Counted from the first letter of the stretch, positions 40,281 through 50,035 are shown. The stretch is 64,000 nucleotides of DNA from an uncultured candidate division Zixibacteria bacterium (GCA_963735035.1 CAVTJJ010000006.1:320001-384000); one strand, 5' to 3'. Notes: generated from the sequence alone by a model not told the origin. Translations and numbers: made by a program.

Positions 40281-41165
40281 ATGTTAGGTGTAGGAATGGC
40301 AGAAGGGGATAAGAAGAACCCCGGCGGATCGCGAGTCACTAGTGACGAGCGGTATCACTACATTGGCTTTGACGTATTTCCGGGCAAGCCCAAGGATTTG
40401 TTCAAGACCGAAGCTGAAAAGACCCAACTGGTAGAGGCGGTGAAGAGCCGCCGGCAGTCAAACGAAACCCTTCGGGATGACTGCAAGCTCTTGGAAGAGC
40501 GGGTCGGCTCCGGCGAAAGAATTGTCCTGGCGATTGCTTCCGTAGTCATCTTTCTCGCTTTGTTTCTTCCGTGGTACTCAGCTTATACGGTTGTCCCGGA
40601 GACGGCTCCTCAGACATCCGGAGTCTCAGGCACTACGACGACACCCACCACTGATGCCGGCGGGGGCGGTGTAACCAGTCAGCACGGTGAACGCGCCAAT
40701 GAGGAAATTATCACCGGCCGCACTACCCAGTCGCGTACCCGCAGAGAGTACTCGACTCTCAGCGGTCTCGGCGTATTTGCCTCGATCGGCTCGGTCGGCG
40801 GCAAGGTGTTTTCGTCCGGACTCATTTTGATCTTATCTGGCCTGCTGATGCTGGCTTACGGCCTGCTCTGCATTGCGCTGCCGGTCGTCAATCTTTACAC
40901 TCTGTACGGTTTGAAAGGAAAGCCGGACGAACTGGCTCTCAAGCTCAAGCACAATCTTCGTCTGAACTGGCTCCCGCTGCTCATTTTGGTGGCGCTGTTG
41001 CTGTTGTCGCTTCTGGGGTCTGACTACGGTTTCAGCACGACGACATCATTTGTCAGTCTGGGAACAAGCTATGACATCGTCACTATTTTTAACACGCTGT
41101 CGTGGGGTATCTTTGTAGCCATGGCGGCGTCGCTATTGGTGGCTCTAAAAGGAATAGAAATCTAA
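40281..41165 (+). CDS. Hypothetical membrane protein in the TPR-ExbBD-TonB operon
   Basis: 294-aa ORF with 4-5 TM segments, FLPWY motif and a Thr/Gly-rich loop. Confidence 0.7.
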   Translation: MLGVGMAEGDKKNPGGSRVTSDERYHYIGFDVFPGKPKDLFKTEAEKTQLVEAVKSRRQSNETLRDDCKLLEERVGSGERIVLAIASVVIFLALFLPWYSAYTVVPETAPQTSGVSGTTTTPTTDAGGGGVTSQHGERANEEIITGRTTQSRTRREYSTLSGLGVFASIGSVGGKVFSSGLILILSGLLMLAYGLLCIALPVVNLYTLYGLKGKPDELALKLKHNLRLNWLPLLILVALLLLSLLGSDYGFSTTTSFVSLGTSYDIVTIFNTLSWGIFVAMAASLLVALKGIEI

Positions 41166-41194
41166 TTCGCAATACTCTCGGAGGATTTGGAGAA

Positions 41195-41953
41195 GTGGTT
41201 AAACAGACTCTATTTGTAACACTGAATGCCGTCGTGGCGTTCTTTATCGGGCTCGGGCTCTTTATGTTTGTTTTCAAGACCTCGACCATTCCGATCGTCC
41301 ATTCCATCTATAAGGGCGGTCCGCTGGTGGTGGTTCTTATCATGGTTCTGATCATGCTGCTGGTCTTCGTGATCGAGCGCTATTTCTCGCTCTACGGCGT
41401 GGCGAAGGGCAAGAGCTCCGTTCAGGTGTTTTTCAAGAAGCTCGTCACCTTGCTCCAGGGCAATGATTTTGACGGCGCCCTGGCCGCCTGCGACAAGCAG
41501 CGCGGCACGACCGCCAACGTTCTGCGGGCTGGTATCGAACGCTATCGGGAAGTCAAAGACAACCCGGCTATCGACAAGGAAAAGAAGATCACTCTGACCC
41601 AGACCGCCATCGAAGAAGCCAACGCTCTCGAAGGCCCGCTTTTGGAACGGAACCTGATCGCTCTGTCGACCATCGCTTCGATCGCCACCATGGTCGGGCT
41701 GCTCGGCACCACTATCGGTATGATTCGCGCGTTTGCGGCCACCGGTAACGTCGAGGGCGGTGTTATCGACGCTACCCAGTTGGCCACCGGTATTTCCGAA
41801 GCTCTGGTCAACACCGCCGGCGGTCTGATCTCCGGTATTCTCGGAATCTTCTTCTACAATTTCTTCGTCAACAAAGTGGACGCTTTCAACTACACCACCG
41901 ACGAAGCAACTTTTGAAATCATGCAGTTGTTGAAGTCTAAAGAAACGAAGTAG
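41195..41953 (+). CDS. exbB: MotA/TolQ/ExbB proton channel protein
   Basis: LSTIASIATMVGLLGTTIGMIRAF and GISEALVNTAGG; GTG start after GGAG. Confidence 0.93.
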   Translation: MVKQTLFVTLNAVVAFFIGLGLFMFVFKTSTIPIVHSIYKGGPLVVVLIMVLIMLLVFVIERYFSLYGVAKGKSSVQVFFKKLVTLLQGNDFDGALAACDKQRGTTANVLRAGIERYREVKDNPAIDKEKKITLTQTAIEEANALEGPLLERNLIALSTIASIATMVGLLGTTIGMIRAFAATGNVEGGVIDATQLATGISEALVNTAGGLISGILGIFFYNFFVNKVDAFNYTTDEATFEIMQLLKSKETK

Positions 41954-41974
41954 CAAGGCGCGCGTAGGTCTAAT

Positions 41975-42466
41975 ATGGCTGTAAAGAAGAAACGCCGGAT
42001 TTCAATCCGGATTGACATGACGCCGATGGTGGACATCGCCTTTCTGCTGCTCATTTTTTACATGGCGACTACCACGTTCAAACCACCGGAAGCCCGGGCG
42101 GTCGAACTGCCACAGTCTCATTCGCAGATTAAGCTGCCTGACAAGGACGTTATCAATCTGACTGTCTCCAAGGACGATTCGATGTTTGTCGACTTTGTAA
42201 AAGAGGTCGAGATTGAAGTCGACGGTCAGAAGATGATGACCAAGGGGCGGGTTGTAACCAGGGTCGACCTGAGCAATCTCGCTTCAACCCTTCTTAAGGC
42301 CCGAGCCGAGCAGATTCGCGCTTTGGTGGTGGTGAAGGCGGACAAGAGGGCCAATTTCGGCCTGGTGCAGGATATCATGACGCAGATGCAGGAGAACTAC
42401 CTGAATCGCTTCCTGATTATCACTGATAATGAGGTAGATAAGACCACACCGCAGGGCGGTGTGTGA
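41975..42466 (+). CDS. exbD: ExbD/TolR family protein
   Basis: IDMTPMVDIAFLLLIF and VKADK. Confidence 0.93.
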   Translation: MAVKKKRRISIRIDMTPMVDIAFLLLIFYMATTTFKPPEARAVELPQSHSQIKLPDKDVINLTVSKDDSMFVDFVKEVEIEVDGQKMMTKGRVVTRVDLSNLASTLLKARAEQIRALVVVKADKRANFGLVQDIMTQMQENYLNRFLIITDNEVDKTTPQGGV

Positions 42467-42543
42467 TCCGAAACGGATAACAACCCCAACGGTTGCCGGA
42501 TGCTCCAATGCGAACGGTGCCGTCGAAGGGAGCGTGATAGCTA

Positions 42544-43203
42544 ATGGCAGGCGATGTAGTCGAACGAGCAGGTAAAGGTCATAAGAAAGGTTTACGGCGG
42601 CCCAAGCGCCGACTGGCCATCCGCATCGACATGACCCCGATGGTGGATATTGCTTTTCTGCTGCTCATTTTCTATATGGTGACCACCGTGTTTTCGATGC
42701 CCCAGGCGATGGAGATCAATCTCCCTAAGAAGGAACAGGTTGCCGATTCTACCGTGATCAAGGAGTCGAATCTTCTGACTCTGCGGGTGGATTCTCTTAG
42801 CCGTTATTGGTGGCATAAAGGAATAGCCAAGGAAAGCAACCCGCCGCTCTTGATTCCGACACTCACTGCGAAACCGGATTCGGTGGCTTACAAGCTAAAC
42901 GCCGACAGTCTCCGAGCTGTCTTGTTCAATCTGAACAAAGAGAATCCCAAGCTGAGCACGTTGATCTTGATTAGCCGCAAAGCGAGGTACGAGGATATGG
43001 TGAATATTCTCGACGAGATTGACTACCTGGAACGCGGCTGGAATGCGGGGTTGGCGAAACAGCTCAACAAGAAAGTCACCGACTTGACCGAAGCGGACGG
43101 GAAGTTTTCGTATCGTTACGCGGTAGGACAGTGGGAAGAGAAAGACGACCGGCTAATGGACTTAGCGGTGCAGGCGGCCCGGTCCAGCGGCAAGCTTCAA
43201 TAG
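42544..43203 (+). CDS. exbD: ExbD/TolR family protein (second copy)
   Basis: IDMTPMVDIAFLLLIF and YEDMVNILDE. Confidence 0.9.
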   Translation: MAGDVVERAGKGHKKGLRRPKRRLAIRIDMTPMVDIAFLLLIFYMVTTVFSMPQAMEINLPKKEQVADSTVIKESNLLTLRVDSLSRYWWHKGIAKESNPPLLIPTLTAKPDSVAYKLNADSLRAVLFNLNKENPKLSTLILISRKARYEDMVNILDEIDYLERGWNAGLAKQLNKKVTDLTEADGKFSYRYAVGQWEEKDDRLMDLAVQAARSSGKLQ

Positions 43204-43253
43204 TCGGATCCGGAAGGCCGCCGCAGTTGTTTAAGAAACAGAGGTGATTTGAT

Positions 43254-43985
43254 ATGTCGCACACGGAATCGGCCCTGTACTCTCCATATGGAGCGTTCGA
43301 GCTCAAGTCGAAATACCAGCGTAATTTCATGTTCGGAACGCTGTCCGTCTTGGGTTTCGTGCTCTTCATCTTGTTGGTGGCCTGGGTCGTATCGAGTATG
43401 GGCCAGGAGACCGCTATCAGCGATCAGGTAACGGTTATCAAGACTGTCGCCGATCTGGGTCCTCCGCCGACACTGGCGAAGAAACCGCCGCAGGTTCAGG
43501 TCAACCAGCCTCAGGTGGCTGCTCCGAAAGTAGGTATTCCGGTTCCGGTGGCCGACGACGAAGCCCCGGAAGAAGATGTCGTGATGGCCACTCGTGAAGA
43601 AATGGCCGACATCGCTGCGCCTGACATCGCTGCGGATGCCAACCAGGATATCAAAGTTGATATCGCGGAAGAGGATTATCTGCCTTCGATCGACGAGTTC
43701 GTGGCGGTCGAGCAAAGCGCTGACATGGTTTACGAAGAAAAGCCGGTCTATCCGCGTCTGGCCGAGCAGGCCGGTCTTGAAGGGGTAGTCTGGGTAAAGG
43801 CGCTTGTTGGCAGTGACGGCAGTGTGAAGAATGCGGTGGTTTTCAAATCCTCCGGTACGCCGTCGCTCGACGAAGCCGCCGTTGCAGCGGCGCCCAAATG
43901 CAAGTACAAACCGGCAATTCAGAATGGACGCTCGGTGGCTATGTGGGTGGCCTATAAGGTGGAATTCACCCTGAAGAACCGTTGA
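43254..43985 (+). CDS. tonB: Energy transducer TonB
   Basis: YGAFELK, TM segment, Pro-rich linker and PVYPRLAEQAGLEG C-domain. Confidence 0.92.
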   Translation: MSHTESALYSPYGAFELKSKYQRNFMFGTLSVLGFVLFILLVAWVVSSMGQETAISDQVTVIKTVADLGPPPTLAKKPPQVQVNQPQVAAPKVGIPVPVADDEAPEEDVVMATREEMADIAAPDIAADANQDIKVDIAEEDYLPSIDEFVAVEQSADMVYEEKPVYPRLAEQAGLEGVVWVKALVGSDGSVKNAVVFKSSGTPSLDEAAVAAAPKCKYKPAIQNGRSVAMWVAYKVEFTLKNR

Positions 43986-44009
43986 GCGAAGTTCTACTCA
44001 TTGATTTCT

Positions 44010-44042
44010 AAGCGCCCGGCTTTGGTCGGGCGCTTTCTTTTT
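44010..44042 (+). terminator. Rho-independent terminator
   Basis: aagcgcccggc-tttg-gtcgggcgctt followed by T-tract. Confidence 0.85.
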
Positions 44043-44171
44043 CACAGATATTAGACTCTATTCGTCTTTATTGCGGGTGACACCAAATTCGGAGTTCCTG
44101 CCCGCCCTTGATTATTCGTCCAGGAGGGACGTGCGACCGCGCACGAAACCTGCCCTTCGTAGGAGGCGAAT

Positions 44172-44921
44172 ATGGCTAACACAGCACTCACCCCGTTTGC
44201 CGGTTACGGCGCCTATCAACTGAAAGCGACCTACCAGCGCAACATGCTCTGGGCACTCGGCACCACCACCGGCCTGGTCACACTGATGGTCGCGCTCGGC
44301 GGAATCTTGCTGGGAACTCAAAACGCTCCAGCTTCGTCGGGTCCGCATTCAGGTGACTTTGTAGCGGATACGATAAAGTTCCATCCAATACCGCCTCCTA
44401 CCATTGAGCGATCACGGCCGGACGTTAGACCGTCCCGTCCGAAACCGCAGAAAGATAACGGAAGTATCCTCAGGCCAGTCGATGACACCTCGTCGACAGT
44501 GGAGGATCCCGTGTTGCCGTATGAACCGGGGGACTCCTCAGTTGGTCCTGTGGGAGACGGCGGCGGTTCCGGAGAAGGGGATGGAGCCGGCGTAGGCACT
44601 ATTGATACGGTCGAGTATCTGCCGTCAATAGATAGCTTCGTGCCGGTCGAACGGGATCCGGTAATGATCTACTCGGTTCAGCCGGAGTATCCTCGTTGGT
44701 TCAAGGATGCGGGTATTGAAGGGATAGTAGTAATCAAAGCCCTGGTTGGTCGTAAGGGCGACGTTCTGGACGCGGCGGTTTATGTAAGTTCCGGTATCAA
44801 GCTGCTTGATGAAGCGGCTCTGGCGGTGGCCGGGAAGTACAAATACCAGCCGGCGGTCCAGAACGGCCGCCCGGTGGCGGTCTGGGTTACCTATAAGGTA
44901 GACTTCAAGTTATCTAAGTAG
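44172..44921 (+). CDS. tonB: Energy transducer TonB (second copy)
   Basis: YGAYQLK, TM segment, Pro/Gly linker and PEYP...AGIEG C-domain; RBS AGGAGG. Confidence 0.9.
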   Translation: MANTALTPFAGYGAYQLKATYQRNMLWALGTTTGLVTLMVALGGILLGTQNAPASSGPHSGDFVADTIKFHPIPPPTIERSRPDVRPSRPKPQKDNGSILRPVDDTSSTVEDPVLPYEPGDSSVGPVGDGGGSGEGDGAGVGTIDTVEYLPSIDSFVPVERDPVMIYSVQPEYPRWFKDAGIEGIVVIKALVGRKGDVLDAAVYVSSGIKLLDEAALAVAGKYKYQPAVQNGRPVAVWVTYKVDFKLSK

Positions 44922-44948
44922 CGGTTCTTGTGGCAGCGTCGACGGGGT

Positions 44949-44988
44949 AAGGCCGGTGGTCTGGTGACCGCCGGCCTTTTGTCATTTT
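44949..44988 (+). terminator. Rho-independent terminator
   Basis: aaggccggtggtc-tggt-gaccgccggcctt followed by T-rich tract. Confidence 0.8.
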
Positions 44989-45021
44989 TGGTCTTTTCAC
45001 AAAATTTCTCTGATTTCCTAC

Positions 45022-45050
45022 TTGACACCTGCACAAATGTGCAGTATTAT
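45022..45050 (+). promoter_or_regulatory. sigma70 promoter with palindromic operator in the spacer
   Basis: TTGACA-N17-TATTAT; spacer contains CTGCACA-AA-TGTGCAG (45029-45044). Confidence 0.8.
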
Positions 45051-45096
45051 CTGTTAAGCATGATAGAAACCCCATACGCCAGGAGGCGTGAGAAGT

Positions 45097-45348
45097 ATGA
45101 GTTTACAGAGCAGCAATTTTCAGGTCGAGTACCAGGCCGTCCTTTTCGAAGCGGCCGTACCGCTGGCGACCGAAGCCGATTTTTACAACCGTCACCTGTT
45201 TCAGGACATCGATCTCTTCGGGGTGGCGGACAGCGACAATTTCGCCTACCAGAACGCGGCGACCTGCCCGGACTGCTCCGGCGGCATGATTCGTCAGGGG
45301 CGGTGCTGCGCTTGTCCGTCGTGCGGATACGAAAGCTGCCTGATTTAA
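45097..45348 (+). CDS. Small acidic protein with C-terminal Zn ribbon
   Basis: RBS AGGAGG; CPDC-x10-CPSCGYESC. Confidence 0.7.
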   Translation: MSLQSSNFQVEYQAVLFEAAVPLATEADFYNRHLFQDIDLFGVADSDNFAYQNAATCPDCSGGMIRQGRCCACPSCGYESCLI

Positions 45349-45387
45349 GATGTAGGGAATAACCCCGGCCACGGGGGAGGAGGTGCC

Positions 45388-48084
45388 ATGCAATTGGGAG
45401 AATTGACAAGATACGGGATTTCGGAACGAATGATCGAAGTTTGGCGAAAACGTCAGGGCGACACTCTCCTGCCGGTACAACGGCGGGCGATCCGTCAGGG
45501 GCTGCTTGATCCGGGGTCACCGGGAGTAGCCCGGTCGAACCTGATTATCGCCGCGCCGACCTCGGCCGGTAAATCGTTCTGCGCCGAACTGGCCGTCGCC
45601 CGGGCCCTGGCGAACCGTCAGCGGGTGGTCATGGTATTTCCGCTGAAATCTCTCGTGGAGCAGAAGTATGCGATGTTCTGTCGCACCTACGAATCGCTCG
45701 GGATCAAATGCCTCATCTTGACCTCGGATCATCCTGAAAACGATCGCCGGTTCCTGACCGGGGAATATCATATCGCTCTGGCCATACAGGAGAAATTCGA
45801 CTTGGCGCTTGCCGGACGGCTGGACCTCCTGCGCAATATCGGTCTGATCGTAATCGATGAGCTTCAGACGATCTCGGAGCCGGGGCGGGGAGCGGTGTTG
45901 GAACGACTGCTGACGCGCATTATGGCTTCCACGTTTCGTCCGGAGATTATTGGGCTGTCGGCAGTGCTGATGGATCAGCGGATCGATCCGCTCGCCCTCT
46001 GGTTGAACGCGACCGTGGTTGAAGAGACCACTCCCCCGCGCGAACTGATTCGCGGTGTCGTCGCCGACGGCAAGCTGACCTACCGCAGCTACAACGATGG
46101 GCGCGACGGCTGTGAAGACCTGGGCGAGTCCTGCCCGGGGCACGATGCCGAGCAGACGGCGGCCTGGCTGGCGAGTCGCATCAAAGCCGATTCCGGGCGC
46201 ACGCTCATATTCCTGAAATCACGCCTTGATACCGTCAACCTGGCCCTCCGGCTGGCCGCGGTTCTGGGACGGCCATCGGCGGTCGAGGCGCTGAAGCAAT
46301 TCGACGACGAGGAACCGTCGTTTTTGCTCCGTTCGCTCACCCAGGCGATGAATCACGGGATAGCCTTCCACAACTCGGATCTGTCGTCACACCAGCGGAC
46401 CGTGGTCGAGAACGCTTTCTGTGCCGGAGAAATCTCGGTACTCTGCGCCACGACCACGCTGGCACTGGGGGTGAATCTTCCGGCCGATACGGTTTTTCTC
46501 GAGACCGTCAAATACGCTTCCGGTGAGTATGGCGGTCGCCCGGACCTGGTGCCGATCAGCCGGGCCGAATTCGATAACATGACCGGTCGGGCGGGGAGAC
46601 TCGGTTTCGAAAGCAGCGGGCCGGGCAAGGCGTTCGTTCTGGCCGACTCAGCCTTCGAATCCGATGTGCTCTGGAAAGCCTATCTCGCCCCGTGTCAACC
46701 GCAGCCCATGCAGTCGGCCTGGGACCCTCTGGCGGTCGATGATTGGGCGCTTCACATGATCGTCTGCGGTCTGGTCCGGACGGATGACGATTTGCAGCAA
46801 GTCTATTCCCAGACGCTACGCCACTGTCTCAACTCCGATTCAGCGAACGGTCACTCGTCCCATCCCGATTTCGGGGCGTCGTTGGCGCGGCTGAGTGAGT
46901 CGGGTTTCATCCGCCGGAACGCCGACGGTTCGATGGAGCCGTCCTCCGTGGCGACCGCGGTGGTGACTTCGGGTCTGTCACTCAACGAGGCGCACCACTA
47001 CTTGCGGTATCTGGAGACGTCGGATCTCCCCGAGACCCCTTTCGGCTGGACCTGTCTGGCGCTGAGCTCGCCGGAATGGGCGCTGCCGCCGGCAATACTG
47101 TCCCGTTATGAGCAGGCCAACAATGCTCCGGTGCGGATGCTGTACCGTCGCTTTGACCATTCCGTCGAAGAGGCGGTCTCACTCCTGCCCGAGGATCATC
47201 GCCGCCAGCCCCTGCCATATCGGGTTGCGGCGACGCTCAAAGCGGCGCTGTTGTTAGACGATTGGAGCCATCTGACCCCGGCGCAGAAGATCGAAGAGCG
47301 GTACCATTTGCATCTGGGCCAGATTCAGTATTTGGGGCGGACGGCGGCCCATCTGGTGTCGGCTCTGGGACGATTGATAGCAGCCGGCGACCGTGAATCA
47401 GAGCGCCCCCGTTATCTGACCGATCATGCTTTCTCGCTTCGTTTCGGTCTGCCGCCCGGCTTCCGGGAAATCCATCGCCACTTCTCCCATCTGTTGTCAC
47501 GCACCGATTTTCAGAAGCTGCACAAGGCCGGGGTGGAGAGCCTGGAAGAGTTTTGTGAATTGTCCTCATCGCGTCTCGCTGGCCTGTTCGACGACACTCA
47601 TAAGATACAGCATATTATAGCGTTAAATGATACTCTTAAAGAGGAGGTTGATGTGCATACGGCAATGTTGGATAGCCATGCGCCGCTCACCCGGCAGCCC
47701 CGGGTGATCGAAATCGACGGTACCTTCGAAGCGGATCGGTACCTCGTGCGGATCGACGGTTTCCCGGTTCGGTTGACCGGCAAGTCGTTCAAATACCTCA
47801 CCCGGTTGGCCTGGTCGCGGTTACACGACTCCAACGGATGGGTCTACAAGGAAGACATCGAGGTCGGCTTCAATCAGGCCCGGTATCTATACCGGATGAA
47901 GAACGAGATTTCGGCCGGATTCCGGTCGGGTTGGCCGGTGGTGGAGAACAACCGGCTGGGATATTATCGTCTGCAGATTGAGCCTGACAAGATTCATCTG
48001 AATGTCGACAACCTGCGGAGTCATCCCGATTACGAACTGCGGAGTTTGTTTGAGGCGGGTGGTCAGACGAGTGCGGTCAATTGA
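45388..48084 (+). CDS. Ski2/Hel308-like SF2 helicase with C-terminal winged-helix extension
   Basis: Q motif LLPVQ, APTSAGKS, PLKSL, DELQ, GLSA, FHNSDL, ATTTLALGVNLPA and MTGRAGR; RBS GGAGG. Confidence 0.88.
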   Translation: MQLGELTRYGISERMIEVWRKRQGDTLLPVQRRAIRQGLLDPGSPGVARSNLIIAAPTSAGKSFCAELAVARALANRQRVVMVFPLKSLVEQKYAMFCRTYESLGIKCLILTSDHPENDRRFLTGEYHIALAIQEKFDLALAGRLDLLRNIGLIVIDELQTISEPGRGAVLERLLTRIMASTFRPEIIGLSAVLMDQRIDPLALWLNATVVEETTPPRELIRGVVADGKLTYRSYNDGRDGCEDLGESCPGHDAEQTAAWLASRIKADSGRTLIFLKSRLDTVNLALRLAAVLGRPSAVEALKQFDDEEPSFLLRSLTQAMNHGIAFHNSDLSSHQRTVVENAFCAGEISVLCATTTLALGVNLPADTVFLETVKYASGEYGGRPDLVPISRAEFDNMTGRAGRLGFESSGPGKAFVLADSAFESDVLWKAYLAPCQPQPMQSAWDPLAVDDWALHMIVCGLVRTDDDLQQVYSQTLRHCLNSDSANGHSSHPDFGASLARLSESGFIRRNADGSMEPSSVATAVVTSGLSLNEAHHYLRYLETSDLPETPFGWTCLALSSPEWALPPAILSRYEQANNAPVRMLYRRFDHSVEEAVSLLPEDHRRQPLPYRVAATLKAALLLDDWSHLTPAQKIEERYHLHLGQIQYLGRTAAHLVSALGRLIAAGDRESERPRYLTDHAFSLRFGLPPGFREIHRHFSHLLSRTDFQKLHKAGVESLEEFCELSSSRLAGLFDDTHKIQHIIALNDTLKEEVDVHTAMLDSHAPLTRQPRVIEIDGTFEADRYLVRIDGFPVRLTGKSFKYLTRLAWSRLHDSNGWVYKEDIEVGFNQARYLYRMKNEISAGFRSGWPVVENNRLGYYRLQIEPDKIHLNVDNLRSHPDYELRSLFEAGGQTSAVN

Positions 48085-48097
48085 CGCACCGGCATCG

Positions 48098-48349
48098 TGG
48101 CTGGTGGACGTTTATAGATGTTTGTGGCTGGTGGACGTCCTCGTCCACCAGCGCGAGGATCGAAAGGTTGTGTCAGGTCTTGTCCTCGGCCCGCCGCAGG
48201 CGGGGTGGGGATGTGACCTGACACGCAACCTATTCGCATTAAACGGTGTCAGTTCACACGCCCCCGATTTCAATCGGGGGCGCAGGAACTGACACAACCT
48301 CTCGTTGATGCGTCGGTAACGTGACAGACGGACGTCCTCGTCCACCAGC
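48098..48349. repeat. REP-like palindrome cluster between convergent genes
   Basis: gctggtggacgtcctcgtccaccagc (one full and two partial copies); gtgtcagg..cctgacac and gtgtcagttc..gaactgacac. Confidence 0.8.
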
Positions 48350-48356
48350 GTTAGGA

Positions 48357-49631
48357 TCAATCAAGCACTTCAGCCGCCGAAACCCCGGCCAACCAGCCGG
48401 TCGAGAAAGCGGCCTGAAGGTTGAACCCGCCCGTGGGGCCGTCGATGTCCAGCAGCTCTCCCGCGAAGAAAAGCCCTTTGACCAGCCGCGACTGCATGGT
48501 GCGGGGATCGATTTCGCGAAGATCGACGCCCCCCGCGGTTACGACGGCCTCGTCGTACATACGATGTCCCGACACATCGAAGCGGAAATCTTTTAGCCAG
48601 TGGCGCAAGCGGCGGCGCTCTACCGCGGTGATCTGACTCCCCGGCGAAGTCTCCGGCAGATCGTTGAGATCAAGACATACGGGCACCAGTCTGGCCGGAA
48701 GAAGTTCTTTAAGTATGGTCGACAACTGCTTCTTGCCCAATTCGTTGAAGCGTTCCACCAGAAATGCTTCGAGCATCCGTTCGTCCTTGGCGGGGAGAAG
48801 ATCAATTGAAATCTGTACTGCTTTTCCGGCCTGTAACCCGTCGACCGCCAGTCGGCTCAGTTGGAGAATCACCGGTCCGGACAATCCATAATGCGTGAAG
48901 ATCAGGTCGCCAATTAATCCGGCAACCGGCTTCTCGTCGATCAATAACCGGACACTGATATCGTGCAGGCTTATGCCTTGAAGCCGGGAAGCGGCGTCAC
49001 CTCTGGTTTCCAGCGGGACCAGCACGGGCCGAGTGGCCACTATGGTATGTCCGAGGGATTGAGCCAGCGCATACCCGTCACCGGTCGAGCCGGTCTCGGG
49101 GTAGGACATCCCACCGGTCGCAAGAACAACGGCGTCGGCTGGATATTCTTTGTGACGCCCGGCCCGGACGACTCTAACACAGCCGTCCTCCTTCACGATC
49201 TCCGTTACCTTAGCATCTGTTACCAGTTCGGCGCCGCAATCGACTGCCCACTGCCCCAAGACGCGGGCAAGCTCGGGGGCGCAGTTGCCTTTCGGAAAGA
49301 ACTTCCCACCCGGCTCCAGTTCGACCTCAATGCCGAGGTTCTGGAACATCCCGATCAAGTCGGTGGAGAAGAAGCGCATGAACGCCTGGCGCAGGAACCG
49401 GCCGTTGGGGCCGTAGGCATCGATGAATTGTTCGAGGGGGGCGCTGTTGGTGAGATTGCATCGTCCTTTGCCGGTGATGCTGAGTTTCCGCCCCGGGGCG
49501 CTCATTTTCTCAAGGATTAGGACGTGTGCGCCCGCTGAAGCGGCCGATCCGGCGGCCATAAGTCCGGCCGCTCCGCCACCGACGACGACCACGCGCCGTT
49601 TTCGTCCTTGATTAGGCAATTCGTCTGACAT
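48357..49631 (-). CDS. HI0933/YhiN (BaiN-like) flavoprotein
   Basis: GGGAAG, GKGRCNLTN, ATGGMSYPETGSTGDG and GPTGGFNLQAA. Confidence 0.93.
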   Translation of the reverse strand: MSDELPNQGRKRRVVVVGGGAAGLMAAGSAASAGAHVLILEKMSAPGRKLSITGKGRCNLTNSAPLEQFIDAYGPNGRFLRQAFMRFFSTDLIGMFQNLGIEVELEPGGKFFPKGNCAPELARVLGQWAVDCGAELVTDAKVTEIVKEDGCVRVVRAGRHKEYPADAVVLATGGMSYPETGSTGDGYALAQSLGHTIVATRPVLVPLETRGDAASRLQGISLHDISVRLLIDEKPVAGLIGDLIFTHYGLSGPVILQLSRLAVDGLQAGKAVQISIDLLPAKDERMLEAFLVERFNELGKKQLSTILKELLPARLVPVCLDLNDLPETSPGSQITAVERRRLRHWLKDFRFDVSGHRMYDEAVVTAGGVDLREIDPRTMQSRLVKGLFFAGELLDIDGPTGGFNLQAAFSTGWLAGVSAAEVLD

Positions 49632-49810
49632 CATTCCTCCCCGAATATAGGCATTGATGTCCCGGCTTGAAGAATTTTCTTGGCAATCGCCGGGTCAATA
49701 TGCTAATTTCCATACAATCGGGCAGCAGTTGAGAAATCCAGGTGGGCATCGCCGGGTAATTCGACTGGTCTCGCCCAGCGCAGAAACTGTATTTCAGGAG
49801 TGTAGTCATT

Positions 49811-50035
49811 ATGGCAGAGCGCGAAACCGGCACCGTCAAGTGGTTTAGCGCTGAGAAGGGATACGGGTTCATCGTTCGTGACAAGGGCGATGACATTTTT
49901 GTGCATCACTCACAGATTGCGCAGACCGGATACCGCCGACTTCAAGAAGGACAGAAAGTCGAGTTCTCAGTCTTCCAGGCAGAAAAAGGCTTCCAGGCCC
50001 AAGAGGTGACAGTACTCGAGGATAAGACCGCGTAA
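49811..50035 (+). CDS. Cold-shock protein
   Basis: GTVKWF, KGYGFI and DIFVHHS. Confidence 0.96.
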   Translation: MAERETGTVKWFSAEKGYGFIVRDKGDDIFVHHSQIAQTGYRRLQEGQKVEFSVFQAEKGFQAQEVTVLEDKTA

